From an uncultured Solirubrobacterales bacterium (GTDB lineage: Bacteria; Actinomycetota; Thermoleophilia; Solirubrobacterales; Solirubrobacteraceae): a stretch of DNA of 64,000 bases. Every line of letters starts with the position of its first letter. The stretch's first letter is position 1. The translations under genes and the position numbers were made by a program. This document shows positions 17,466 through 26,626 of the stretch, in pieces. The notes beneath the pieces were generated by a model, which was given only the letters and a program-made list of their open reading frames with translations, did not search any database and was not told where the DNA came from. Where the stretch lies: the NCBI GenBank assembly GCA_963759695.1, contig CAVXAO010000001.1, forward strand, positions 16,259 to 80,258, in the 5' to 3' direction.

Positions 17466-20400
17466 ATGAGCCTCAACAGAGCTACGACAACCATGCATTC
17501 CCTGACCACAAAGACCCGGCTCTTCGGCCTCGGCCTGTTGCTCGCCGGATTCATGATCACGGCCCCGAGTGCGCAGGCTGCGTCGTTCGGCGTCCAGTCG
17601 TTCAGCACCAGCTCCTCGACGAGGCAGGCCGGCGCGCACGCCGACCTGTCGACGTCTTTCACGTTCAACACAGACTCGCTCGGAAACACGGTCGAACAGG
17701 CAAAGGACGTCAAGGTCACCCTGCCTCCGGGCGTAGTCGGTAACCCACAGGCGATCCCGAAGTGCACGGACCTGGACTTCCAGGCCTTCAACTGTCCGCC
17801 CGACTCACAGGTCGGAATCCTCAATGCGTCGTTCGTAACGTCGCCCGGGGTCGGGACCACGCTGACGGCGGCAAACCTTGCCCCCACCACCCTCACGGCC
17901 GACGTGGCCCCCTGTAACGGCCTCTGTGACACAGTCACGCTCGACGTCACCGACGCGACCGGCATCCAGAACGGGGACTACCTCACCATTTGCGGAGTGA
18001 GCGCGACGCCTTGTGACGTAGGGCCCGGCGGGCAGGCCGAGCACGCGACGGTACTCAGCGTCTCCGGGACCACGATCACCGCGCTAACCGGAGGGCCAGT
18101 GAAAGGGACGTGTGGGCCAGATTTATCGTTGCCCACGAACGTCGACTTCTGCCCGCTGTCGGGGATGTACTACACCCACGCCTCCGGTGACCTCGTCTAT
18201 GACGACACGATCGCCGTCGCCAACACGCACGGGTTCGAGGGTTTCGATGGAGGCAACAACATCACGATCGGGACGGCAGGATCGGGGGATTTCGAGTCCG
18301 ACACGATCGCGTTCTTCCCCGGCAACCTGACCCACCTCGATCTGGAAAATCCGCTTCAGAACATCCACAGCTCGAGCGAGGCGGTGGTTCACCCGGCAAC
18401 CACGGCGTCCGCCGGGGTCCCGGTCTTCAACCTGCAGCCCGATCCCGGCCACGTGGCGACGCTCGCGGCCTCGCTGCTGGTCGCCACCATCCCCATCCAG
18501 ATCGACCTCGCTGACAACAACGGCACGTATCAGCTCACGGCCACGATCAGTGACATCTCGTCGCTGCTGAACCTGTCGGCGACGCAGTTGACGCTCTGGG
18601 GTGTTCCGGGCGATCCGAGCCACGATGCGCAGCGTTGCAATCAGATCTCGCAGCACTGCGGGATACCTTATGGCGCCTCGATTACGCCTTTCATGACCAA
18701 TCCCACGAATTGCTCGGCCGCGTCGCTGACGACGACCCTCTCGGTCGACTCGTGGCAGGGAAGCTCTCCACCCCCCAGCGAGGCCTCACAACAAGGCCCC
18801 AACGGCTGCAGTACCCTCAGTTTCAAGCCGACGGTGAGCGCCTCCCCGGACACCTCCCAGGCGGACACACCCGCAGGGTATGACGTCAATCTGGGCGTCC
18901 CACAGAACTCCGACCCGTACGGGCTTGCGACGCCCGACGTGCAGAACGTCTCGATCACACTGCCCTCCGGCGTCGCGCTTTCACCGGCGGTCGCCAACGG
19001 ACTGGCGGGCTGCACCGACGCTCAGTTCGCGGCGGGCGCCTGCCCGAACGCGTCCAAGGTCGGAACCGTCTCGATCGCCACGCCGCTGCTGCCCGACCCG
19101 CTGACCGGCTCGGTCTGGATCGGAGCGCCGATCCCGGGACACATGTATCGAGTGTTCATGACCGCCAGCGCTGACAACGCGACAATCAATCTCACGGGAC
19201 AGGTGAACCCCAACCCGAGCACGGGCCAGCTGACCGCCGTGTTCAGCAACAACCCGCAGCTGCCGTTCAGCGCGCTGAACGTGCACTTCTTCGGGGGACC
19301 TCTGGCCGCACTGGCCAATCCCGAGAGCTGCGGATCGTTCACGACGACGTCGAAGATCACCGGGTACGGAACGGCGCCGGCGACCCCGTCCTCGTCGTTC
19401 AACATCACCGGTTGCGCGAGTCCGACGCGGTTCTCACCGTCGTTCACGGCGGGCACGACGAATCCGACAGCCGGCGCGTACTCCCCGTTCACGCTGACGT
19501 TCGCTCGCCAAGACTCCGACAAGGAGATCTCGGGCATCAGCGCGACGCTGCCGCCGGGACTGTTCGCGAAGATCGCCGGCGTGACGCAGTGCTCGAACGC
19601 GGCCGCGGCGACGGGCGCATGCCCGGCGTCGTCGCAGGTGGGAACGGCGACGGTCGGTTCAGGTGCAGGCTCGCACCCGCTCTTCCTGGGCGGGCAGGTC
19701 TACCTCACCGGTCCGTATAAGGGCGGAGCCTACGGGCTCGCCACGGTCGTGCCGGCCATCGCCGGGCCCTACAACCTCGGCACTGTGGTGGTCCGCCAAG
19801 CGCTGGACATCAACCCCAACGATGCCCACGTCACCGCCGTCTCGGATCCGTTCCCGACGATTCTCGACGGGGTCCCGTTGCGGATCAAGACGGTCAACCT
19901 TGACCTCAACCGTCCGGACTTCATCATCAACCCGACCTCGTGCCAACCGTTCCGGATCTCGGCCGCGATCGTGGCGGTCGGCGGCTCGAGCTCCTCGGTG
20001 GCATCGCCGTTCCAGGTCGGGTCGTGTGCGGAACTCCCGTTCAACCCGAAGCTGGGGATCGCGCTGAGCGGGAAGGGCCAGACGAAGACCGGCAGGCATC
20101 CGACGCTCACTGCGACGCTGACCGCGCCGAGCAGCGGACAGGCCAACCTGAAGACGGCCCAGGTCACGCTGCCGCTGAGCCTCGCGCTCGACCCGAGGAA
20201 CACCCAGGTGGTGTGCTCGGTGGCGGACGCCGCGGCGATCGCCTGCCCGTCGAACACGATCGTCGGAACCGCGAGCGCGGTCTCGCCGCTGCTGCCCGAT
20301 CGACTGAGCGGCAACGTCTACATCGTGCAGGGCATCCGGACGAACGCCCAGGGCCAGCAGATCAGGACGCTGCCCTCGTTGCTGATCCCGCTGAGGGGCG

Positions 20401-20717
20401 ACATCGCCCTCAACCTGCAGGCTCAGACGTCGGTGGACAGCGCCGGTCAGCTGGTGACGACGTTCCCCGCGATTCCCGACGCGGCGGTGTCGAACTTCCA
20501 GCTCACGATCGCGGGCGGCTCGCACGGGATCCTCGTCATCACCGGTGGCCAGAACATCTGCAAGTCCAAGCAGGTCGGAGGCTCGGTGCTCGGCTCACAG
20601 TCCGGCAAGTCGCAGAGCACGAATATCCAGCTGCGTACGCCCGCGTGCGGCGGCAAGAAGCACGGCAAGAGGCACCACGGCAAGAGGCACGGTAAGAGGC
20701 ACGGACAGCGTCGCTAG
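17466..20717 (+). CDS. Secreted Cys-rich four-module protein of unknown function with a His/Lys/Arg-rich C-terminal tail
   Basis: ORF track, 1083 aa. Signal peptide: ...LLLAGFMITAPSAQA. Four modules follow the pattern C..L.F.P....AG.H....(V/I)TLP.G....C......CP..S.VG. Tail: KKHGKRHHGKRHGKRHGQRR. Starts 8 nt after the previous stop. Confidence 0.8.
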   Translation: MSLNRATTTMHSLTTKTRLFGLGLLLAGFMITAPSAQAASFGVQSFSTSSSTRQAGAHADLSTSFTFNTDSLGNTVEQAKDVKVTLPPGVVGNPQAIPKCTDLDFQAFNCPPDSQVGILNASFVTSPGVGTTLTAANLAPTTLTADVAPCNGLCDTVTLDVTDATGIQNGDYLTICGVSATPCDVGPGGQAEHATVLSVSGTTITALTGGPVKGTCGPDLSLPTNVDFCPLSGMYYTHASGDLVYDDTIAVANTHGFEGFDGGNNITIGTAGSGDFESDTIAFFPGNLTHLDLENPLQNIHSSSEAVVHPATTASAGVPVFNLQPDPGHVATLAASLLVATIPIQIDLADNNGTYQLTATISDISSLLNLSATQLTLWGVPGDPSHDAQRCNQISQHCGIPYGASITPFMTNPTNCSAASLTTTLSVDSWQGSSPPPSEASQQGPNGCSTLSFKPTVSASPDTSQADTPAGYDVNLGVPQNSDPYGLATPDVQNVSITLPSGVALSPAVANGLAGCTDAQFAAGACPNASKVGTVSIATPLLPDPLTGSVWIGAPIPGHMYRVFMTASADNATINLTGQVNPNPSTGQLTAVFSNNPQLPFSALNVHFFGGPLAALANPESCGSFTTTSKITGYGTAPATPSSSFNITGCASPTRFSPSFTAGTTNPTAGAYSPFTLTFARQDSDKEISGISATLPPGLFAKIAGVTQCSNAAAATGACPASSQVGTATVGSGAGSHPLFLGGQVYLTGPYKGGAYGLATVVPAIAGPYNLGTVVVRQALDINPNDAHVTAVSDPFPTILDGVPLRIKTVNLDLNRPDFIINPTSCQPFRISAAIVAVGGSSSSVASPFQVGSCAELPFNPKLGIALSGKGQTKTGRHPTLTATLTAPSSGQANLKTAQVTLPLSLALDPRNTQVVCSVADAAAIACPSNTIVGTASAVSPLLPDRLSGNVYIVQGIRTNAQGQQIRTLPSLLIPLRGDIALNLQAQTSVDSAGQLVTTFPAIPDAAVSNFQLTIAGGSHGILVITGGQNICKSKQVGGSVLGSQSGKSQSTNIQLRTPACGGKKHGKRHHGKRHGKRHGQRR

Positions 20718-23700
20718 TGACCCGATTGGCGCACGGAGGCGTAAAGGGTGGTTGCCGTGCGGCAGCGCTCGTCTGCGCGCTTGCCGCCCTCGGTCTCGGC
20801 CCCCCCGCCGCGAATGCCTCATCGCCGCTGGCGTGGTCGACCCCGGTCCTCGTAGAGCATCAGGGCCCGTTCAGCTCCACTAGCGAAGTCGAGTCCATGT
20901 CGTGCCCGTCGAGCACCCTATGCGTCGCGGGCAGCGACGGGGGAAAGATCATGACGAGCACCGACCCGACCGACGGCGCCACGTCGACGGGCGCGACGTG
21001 GACGATTCAAGGCCCCGAGCCGAGCCAGAGCATCCTTGGCATGTCGTGCCCGTCGACGTCACTCTGTGTCGGCGTCGACGACGGCGGCAACACGGTGACC
21101 TCGACCGATCCGGGGGCGGGGCCGACGGCCGTCTGGAGCGTCGATCCCGGCGTCGATGGCACCAACGTGATGGATGGGATCTCTTGCCCGTCGACCTCGC
21201 TGTGCGTGGCCGTCGATCAGGACGGCAAGATCCTCACGACGACAGATCCGCTCGACGGGACGGCGGCCCACTGGGCGGTGAAGCAGGCCGTCGCCACCAG
21301 CGACTACATCAGGGGCGTGACGTGCGAATCGACATCGTTGTGCGTCGCGGTCGACGACGAAGGCAATGCAATCACCTCCACCGATCCGAGCGACGGTGCC
21401 GGCGCGACGTGGACCGTCGAGGACATCGACAGCGGGAAACGCATCGACGCCGTGGACTGCCCGTCAGCGTCGCTGTGCGTCGCCGTAGACCACCAGGGCT
21501 TCACCCTTACGAGCACCGACCCGGTCCCGGCCGCGAGCGCGACCTGGACCCCGGACGACGTCGACGGTACGACCGGGATTGTCGCGATCTCATGCACGTC
21601 CACGTCGCTGTGCGTAGCCGTCGATCAGCAGCGCCGGGCGCTCACCACCGCGGACCCCGCGGACGCCGCCGGCGCGACCTGGTCCACGGAAACGATCGAG
21701 ACCGGCGGCATCTTTGGGTTCACACTGCCGGTGAGCCTGTCGTGCGTCGGGTCGACCGTCGGATCGATGTGCGTCGTCGGCGACACGTTCGGCCGGACGA
21801 TCACCTCGACCGATCCGGCCGACGGCGCGACGGCGGCCTGGACCAAGTCCGGGATCGTCGTCGGCGAGAGTCGGATCGCAGGGATCTCCTGCGCCTCCGC
21901 GTCGCTGTGCGTCGCCGTCGACAGTGAAGGCAATACGTTCACCACCTCGGACGCCGCCGACGGGGCTACTGCGAATTGGGCGGAGGAATCCGACGCCGAC
22001 GGGCCAGGCCGTGATTTCAATGACGTCTCGTGCCCGTCTGCGACTCTGTGCGTCGCGGTCGACAACTCCGGCAGTGTTGCCACATCGACCAATCCGGCGA
22101 GCGGCGCGACGGCGGCGTGGGCGCTCGACGCCGTCGACAGCGCGAGCATCGACGCGGTGTCTTGCCCATCCACATCGCTGTGCGTCGCTGTCGACGGCTC
22201 CGGGAACGTCCTGGAGTCGACCAACCCCGATGCCGGCGCGAGCGCCACATGGAACATTCTCTCCGTCGACGGAACCGCCACGCTGACGGGTATCTCGTGC
22301 ATCGCGTCCCCGGAGCTGTGCGTGGCCGTGGACAACCAGGGGACAGTCATCACGTCGACCAATCCCCATCAGGGCGCGAGCGCGAACTGGACCCCCCCTG
22401 TCCAGGCCGACGTCGGCGGAGCGCTAAACGGAGTGTCGTGCATCGCCTCCCCGACGACTTGCATCGCCGTCGACAAACAGGGAGAGGTCTTGAGCACAAG
22501 CGACCCCGCGGACGGGACGACGGCAACGTGGAGCCGGGCCAGCGTCGACTCCACCTCGCTGAACCACATCTCGTGCCCGTCTTCCTCGCTGTGCGTCGCG
22601 GTCGACGGCAAGGGCGACTCGGTCACCTCGACCAACCCGAGCGCCCCGGCTCCGATTTGGTCCGTGACGACGGGAGTCGACGCAAACAACAACATGCTCA
22701 GTGTCTCGTGCCCCTCGGCCGACCTGTGCGTGGCCGGAGATGACTCCGGACACCTCCAGTCCGCGGGCGGCCACGTGCTCCAGCTGACGTTCGCTGGCGA
22801 TGGTCTGGTCACGGGCAGCCCGGGAGGGCTCGCGTGTACGGAGAGTTGCTCGGGCAGCTACCCGTCCGGAACGAAGGTGATCCTGGGGGCGAGTCCCGAC
22901 CCGGGGTGGACGTTTACGGGTTGGAGCGGCGACGGCTGCTCGGGGACGGGGACGTGCACGGTGACGATGGACGCAGATCAGGCCGTGACGGCGACGTTCG
23001 TCGCCACCCATTCGTTGACGGTCGCGGTTGCGGGGTCCGGCACTGGCAAGGTGACGAGCAGTCCGGCTGGGATCTCGTGTCCGGCGACCTGTTCCAGCAG
23101 TTATCAGTCGGCGACGATGGTGACGCTGAGCGCGAGTCCTTCGTCGGGCTCCACGTTCTCGGGTTGGAGTGGCGCCGGTTGCTCAGGGACGGGGAAGTGC
23201 ACGGTGACGATGAGCGCCGATCGCAGCGTGACGGCGACGTTCGGCACCGAGCATTCGCTCACGGTCGCCGTCGGCGGGTCCGGTTCCGGCAGTGTGAGGA
23301 GCAGTCCTGCCGGGATCTCGTGTCCGGGGACATGTTCGAGTAAGTACGCGCCTGGAACGAAGGTGATACTCAGCGTGAGTCCTTCGTCGGGCTCCACGTT
23401 CGCCGGTTGGAGCGGGGGCGGCTGCTCGGGGACGGGGACGTGCGTAATCGCGATGAGCGCCAACCAGGACGTGACGGCGACGTTCCAAATCGTGCCGCCT
23501 ACCTTCGGGCATCCGAAACCCCCTTCGTGCACCGTTCAGCCTGTCGGCAATCGCGTCGCAATCAAGGCCAGCAAAGCGCATCGCCACCTCAAGCCGCAGA
23601 CCCTAAAGGTGACGATCACCTGCGACCAGTCGGCTCAGGTGAAGCTGACAGGGAGCGTGACGTCGGTCCCGAAGGCCAAGAAGGGCAAGAAGCCGCCCAA

Positions 23701-23893
23701 GGCGAAGACTTTCCGGATCCGGGCCGTCACGGCGCAGGCGTCGGCAGGCAAGGAGCTTAAGCTCACCGTCGCGCTCCCCACCGCCGCGCTGAAGCAGGGC
23801 AGCCACGATTCGGCCAGCTTCACGCTGACCGCGACCAATGCCAACGGCTCGGGAACGGCGGCGGCAAAGATCCGGAAGCTCGTATTGACGTGA
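20717..23893 (+). CDS. Secreted repeat protein: 13 full plus 1 truncated ~45-aa Cys-pair/Trp repeats, three InlB-B-repeat-like domains, and a Lys-rich C-terminal domain
   Basis: ORF track, 1058 aa. The GTG start shares 1 nt with the preceding TAG. Signal peptide: ...LVCALAALGLGPPAANA. Repeat consensus: SCPSxSLCVAVDxxGxxxTSTDPxxGAxATW. Three copies of ...SSPAGISCPxTCSxxYxxGTxVTLSASPSSGSTFxGWSGxGCSGTGxCTVTM.... Confidence 0.8.
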   Translation: MTRLAHGGVKGGCRAAALVCALAALGLGPPAANASSPLAWSTPVLVEHQGPFSSTSEVESMSCPSSTLCVAGSDGGKIMTSTDPTDGATSTGATWTIQGPEPSQSILGMSCPSTSLCVGVDDGGNTVTSTDPGAGPTAVWSVDPGVDGTNVMDGISCPSTSLCVAVDQDGKILTTTDPLDGTAAHWAVKQAVATSDYIRGVTCESTSLCVAVDDEGNAITSTDPSDGAGATWTVEDIDSGKRIDAVDCPSASLCVAVDHQGFTLTSTDPVPAASATWTPDDVDGTTGIVAISCTSTSLCVAVDQQRRALTTADPADAAGATWSTETIETGGIFGFTLPVSLSCVGSTVGSMCVVGDTFGRTITSTDPADGATAAWTKSGIVVGESRIAGISCASASLCVAVDSEGNTFTTSDAADGATANWAEESDADGPGRDFNDVSCPSATLCVAVDNSGSVATSTNPASGATAAWALDAVDSASIDAVSCPSTSLCVAVDGSGNVLESTNPDAGASATWNILSVDGTATLTGISCIASPELCVAVDNQGTVITSTNPHQGASANWTPPVQADVGGALNGVSCIASPTTCIAVDKQGEVLSTSDPADGTTATWSRASVDSTSLNHISCPSSSLCVAVDGKGDSVTSTNPSAPAPIWSVTTGVDANNNMLSVSCPSADLCVAGDDSGHLQSAGGHVLQLTFAGDGLVTGSPGGLACTESCSGSYPSGTKVILGASPDPGWTFTGWSGDGCSGTGTCTVTMDADQAVTATFVATHSLTVAVAGSGTGKVTSSPAGISCPATCSSSYQSATMVTLSASPSSGSTFSGWSGAGCSGTGKCTVTMSADRSVTATFGTEHSLTVAVGGSGSGSVRSSPAGISCPGTCSSKYAPGTKVILSVSPSSGSTFAGWSGGGCSGTGTCVIAMSANQDVTATFQIVPPTFGHPKPPSCTVQPVGNRVAIKASKAHRHLKPQTLKVTITCDQSAQVKLTGSVTSVPKAKKGKKPPKAKTFRIRAVTAQASAGKELKLTVALPTAALKQGSHDSASFTLTATNANGSGTAAAKIRKLVLT

Positions 23894-24317
23894 TGCGACA
23901 GCTTCTGGAAGTTGCTTAAGCCTCCTGTTTCCGCAGCGTCTAAGTGGGTAAGGGCATCCGTGGACCCCGCACAAACGAGCTGGAGGCCGGGATGAGAGCA
24001 GTTGTCTTGCGCGCCGTCGGCGAGATCCGAGGCGACGCCGTGGCAGAGCCTGGGATCAAGGAGCCCGCGGATGCGGGCGAGCGATGTCCGGAGGAGCCAC
24101 AGGACGCGGCCGTGCCGTGGCGCGCCGCAGCGCCGGCGCGCCCGAAACGGCGCCGCGCACGCTCGAGGTCGTCCGGGTCCGGCCGTCGCCGATGGAGCTG
24201 AGAGCCCCGTTCAGCGGCTGGCGGTAGGGTGGCCGGTTTCGGCCGGGGATCCGGTCGATCGATTGCGGGCCGCCAGCCGGGCTTGAGGTTCGGAGAAATG
24301 GGTATCTGATTCGCAAG

Positions 24318-24800
24318 ATGAGCGTCGTGGGCTGCCACCTCAACAACAGCTATCCCTCGTGCGCGGAGTCTGTGCCGGAAGTGCGGCGGGCGCTGGGTGG
24401 GCTCGCGGCCGCCGCCGGTGCGACCCCCGAGCAGGTCGAGGCCATCCGCCTCGCGGCTTCGGAGGCGGTGACGAACGTGGTCGTGCACGCCTATCGCGAG
24501 CGGCCCGGAGAGATACACGTGACCGCCGCCGCGGTCCTCGACGAGTTCTGGATCCTGATCGGCGACGACGGATGCGGCATGCGCGTCCGATCGGACAGTC
24601 CCGGGTTGGGTCTGGGCCTCATGCTGATCTCGCAGGAATGCGACGACTTCACGGTCCTCACGAGATCATCGGGAGGCACGGAAGTCCGGATGCGCTTCGA
24701 CCTGGTCGGTGTCGACGAGCCCCGATCTGGCGCTCACGCACGGGGGTCGGAGGCGGCGGCTTCGCGGCCGGCCTCGTCGCGCTTCTCGACCACCACGTAG
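24318..24800 (+). CDS. RsbW/SpoIIAB-like anti-sigma-factor serine kinase (HATPase domain)
   Basis: ORF track, 160 aa. ...VEAIRLAASEAVTNVVVHAYRERPGEIHV...IGDDGCGM...GLGLGLMLISQECDDF...GGTEVRMRF. Confidence 0.7.
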   Translation: MSVVGCHLNNSYPSCAESVPEVRRALGGLAAAAGATPEQVEAIRLAASEAVTNVVVHAYRERPGEIHVTAAAVLDEFWILIGDDGCGMRVRSDSPGLGLGLMLISQECDDFTVLTRSSGGTEVRMRFDLVGVDEPRSGAHARGSEAAASRPASSRFSTTT

Positions 24801-25063
24801 CCCGGCATCTCCTGGACGACGATCTCGACCTCCTCGAGCTCGTGCCCGGGGAGCATGACGAACCGGCGGGGGAAGGCACGCACGCGCTCGTACTCGCTGG
24901 GCGTCAGCGACACGAGAGCGTTGCAACCGAGCCTGGCGCACTCGCACCGAAACCCGACGGGAGTGTCTTCATCCCCGGGGTACCCGCCGCGGCTGATGGC
25001 TTCGTTGACCTCGCGGAAGATCGACTCGTTGTCAGCCAGGCGCCGTTCGAGCTCGTCGTTCAT
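24734..25063 (-). CDS. Small conserved-looking hypothetical protein (Cys-x-Cys...Cys)
   Basis: ORF track, 109 aa with an ATG start and GC3-rich codons. Convergent with the RsbW-like gene, overlapping it by 67 nt. Confidence 0.5.
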   Translation of the reverse strand: MNDELERRLADNESIFREVNEAISRGGYPGDEDTPVGFRCECARLGCNALVSLTPSEYERVRAFPRRFVMLPGHELEEVEIVVQEMPGYVVVEKRDEAGREAAASDPRA

Positions 25064-25105
25064 GCACGGATCCTCCCACGCGGAGGGCAGGCCTAGAGGA
25101 TCGGG

Positions 25106-26524
25106 TTACCTACGAGCGGCGATCCTCCCCAGGAACGGCACGAGACGGGCGAAGAACGCGTTGTGCGGGTAGGCGCCCGCCGGGTCGTTGTGGGCGTAGG
25201 TGGTGTGGCGGTCGACCAGCGTCAGGTTGCGCTTCGGGATGTTGGACTGGGCGGCGAGGGCCTGCGCGTCGGCCAGCACCCCGGGTCCTCCGAGAGACGT
25301 GTCGAACGCGTAGATCAGCAGGCGTCGCGGCAGCTTGTGCCCCATCGTCGCGTGGACGTCGAGCACGCTCTGCGCCGGGTTCGCGTTCCCGTTACCGACG
25401 GCGCCGGTGTCGAGCGTCAGCCGCTGCGGGAAGTACCACTCGGTGCCGTCGACGTTGTTGATGCCGAACCCCGAGAACATCGTCGCGAAGCGCTTGATCG
25501 GGGTCAGGGCGCCGGCGCCGTTCCAGCCGTGGACGGGGCCCGTGGCGGCGACCCCGGCGCCGAGATGGGCCTGCGCGGCGGCGAGCGCAGGCGGCGAGCT
25601 CCCGACGTTCAGCGCGTACGCATACTGCGCAAGGTTCGTGACGCGGACCGACGGCTTGAGATACGACGGGATGACGCTCGACTCCTGCCCGATCGAAGGC
25701 TGGTTCGGCGCGATGAGTGCCGCGAGCGACCCGGTGGCGTTGAACACCCCCGCAAACGGCGCCGGGATGCCCCCGAATGCCAGCCAGGGGGTCGCCGCCG
25801 GCTCCATGAGCTGGTCCAGGGCTGAAGTGGCGGAAGCAGCCGAGATCGCCGGCAGGCTGCCGCCGTCGTCGTAGATGAGTCCGGCGAGCTGATCGGCTCC
25901 GGCACGACCGTGGAAGTTCCAGGTCGCGTACGCGGTCACGACGGAACCGCCGAGCGAGTGGCCGCCGAGCACGACCTTCCCGCCGAGCTTGCGAGCCGCG
26001 TCGATCACGTCATGCAGGTCTTCCACGGCTACCTGCATGCCCCACTGTTTGGGGTACTGGAGGCTGAGGTATTGCTGGTAGTTGAAATGGTGCGTGATCG
26101 CGCTGTCCGTCAGGAATCCGAGGTAGTAGTTGAAGACCGCGGTCGGCGATGCCTTGCCCTTCTTGGCCAGATTGAGCACCGACTGATCCTCGAGCAGGTT
26201 CTCCCGCCGCTCGACCGACCAGACCTGCCATCCCCTGGTCTTGGCGACGATCCACTTCGCCAGCGGAACGAAGTAAGCGCTGCCGGCGGAGGTCCCCGGC
26301 TCGAGCACGAGGACGTTCTTGGCCTTGACCGGGCCGACCTTGATGACGCCAACCTTGTCGTACTTGGCGGGGGTGTCGGGGGCTTTGAAGCCGCGCATCC
26401 ACGTGACCTTCAGCGCACTGGCGGCGGGAGCGCTGAAAGCGAGCACACAGCCGCTTATGAGGGTCAGGCGGAGCAGTCTGTTGGCGAACACTGGGACTCC
26501 TGGTTGGCGGGAAGTTGGCTTCAT
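25106..26524 (-). CDS. Secreted/lipoprotein alpha/beta-hydrolase (lipase/esterase-like, GHSLGG nucleophile elbow)
   Basis: The 820-aa track ORF was trimmed to ATG 26524: MKPTSRQPGVPVFANRLLRLTLISGCVLAFSAPAASA... (lipobox-like LISGC); ...VVLGGHSLGGSVV.... Confidence 0.75.
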   Translation of the reverse strand: MKPTSRQPGVPVFANRLLRLTLISGCVLAFSAPAASALKVTWMRGFKAPDTPAKYDKVGVIKVGPVKAKNVLVLEPGTSAGSAYFVPLAKWIVAKTRGWQVWSVERRENLLEDQSVLNLAKKGKASPTAVFNYYLGFLTDSAITHHFNYQQYLSLQYPKQWGMQVAVEDLHDVIDAARKLGGKVVLGGHSLGGSVVTAYATWNFHGRAGADQLAGLIYDDGGSLPAISAASATSALDQLMEPAATPWLAFGGIPAPFAGVFNATGSLAALIAPNQPSIGQESSVIPSYLKPSVRVTNLAQYAYALNVGSSPPALAAAQAHLGAGVAATGPVHGWNGAGALTPIKRFATMFSGFGINNVDGTEWYFPQRLTLDTGAVGNGNANPAQSVLDVHATMGHKLPRRLLIYAFDTSLGGPGVLADAQALAAQSNIPKRNLTLVDRHTTYAHNDPAGAYPHNAFFARLVPFLGRIAARR

Positions 26525-26626
26525 ATCAGAGAATCGTTGAGCTCCGACTGAAGAGTTGGGCTGTCGTTTCGGTGCGTAAACACGCGAGAACGGCTTACGG
26601 TTCGGTCGCCGGGATAGCCTGACGCC

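Noticed and set aside
23992-24075. SD-preceded ORF starting MRAVVLRAVGEIRGDAVAEPGIKEPADA, resembling the N-terminus of a zinc-type alcohol dehydrogenase
   Set aside because: Only about 28 residues look dehydrogenase-like, and no continuation is detectable in any frame. At best it is a deletion remnant, which is too weak to annotate.
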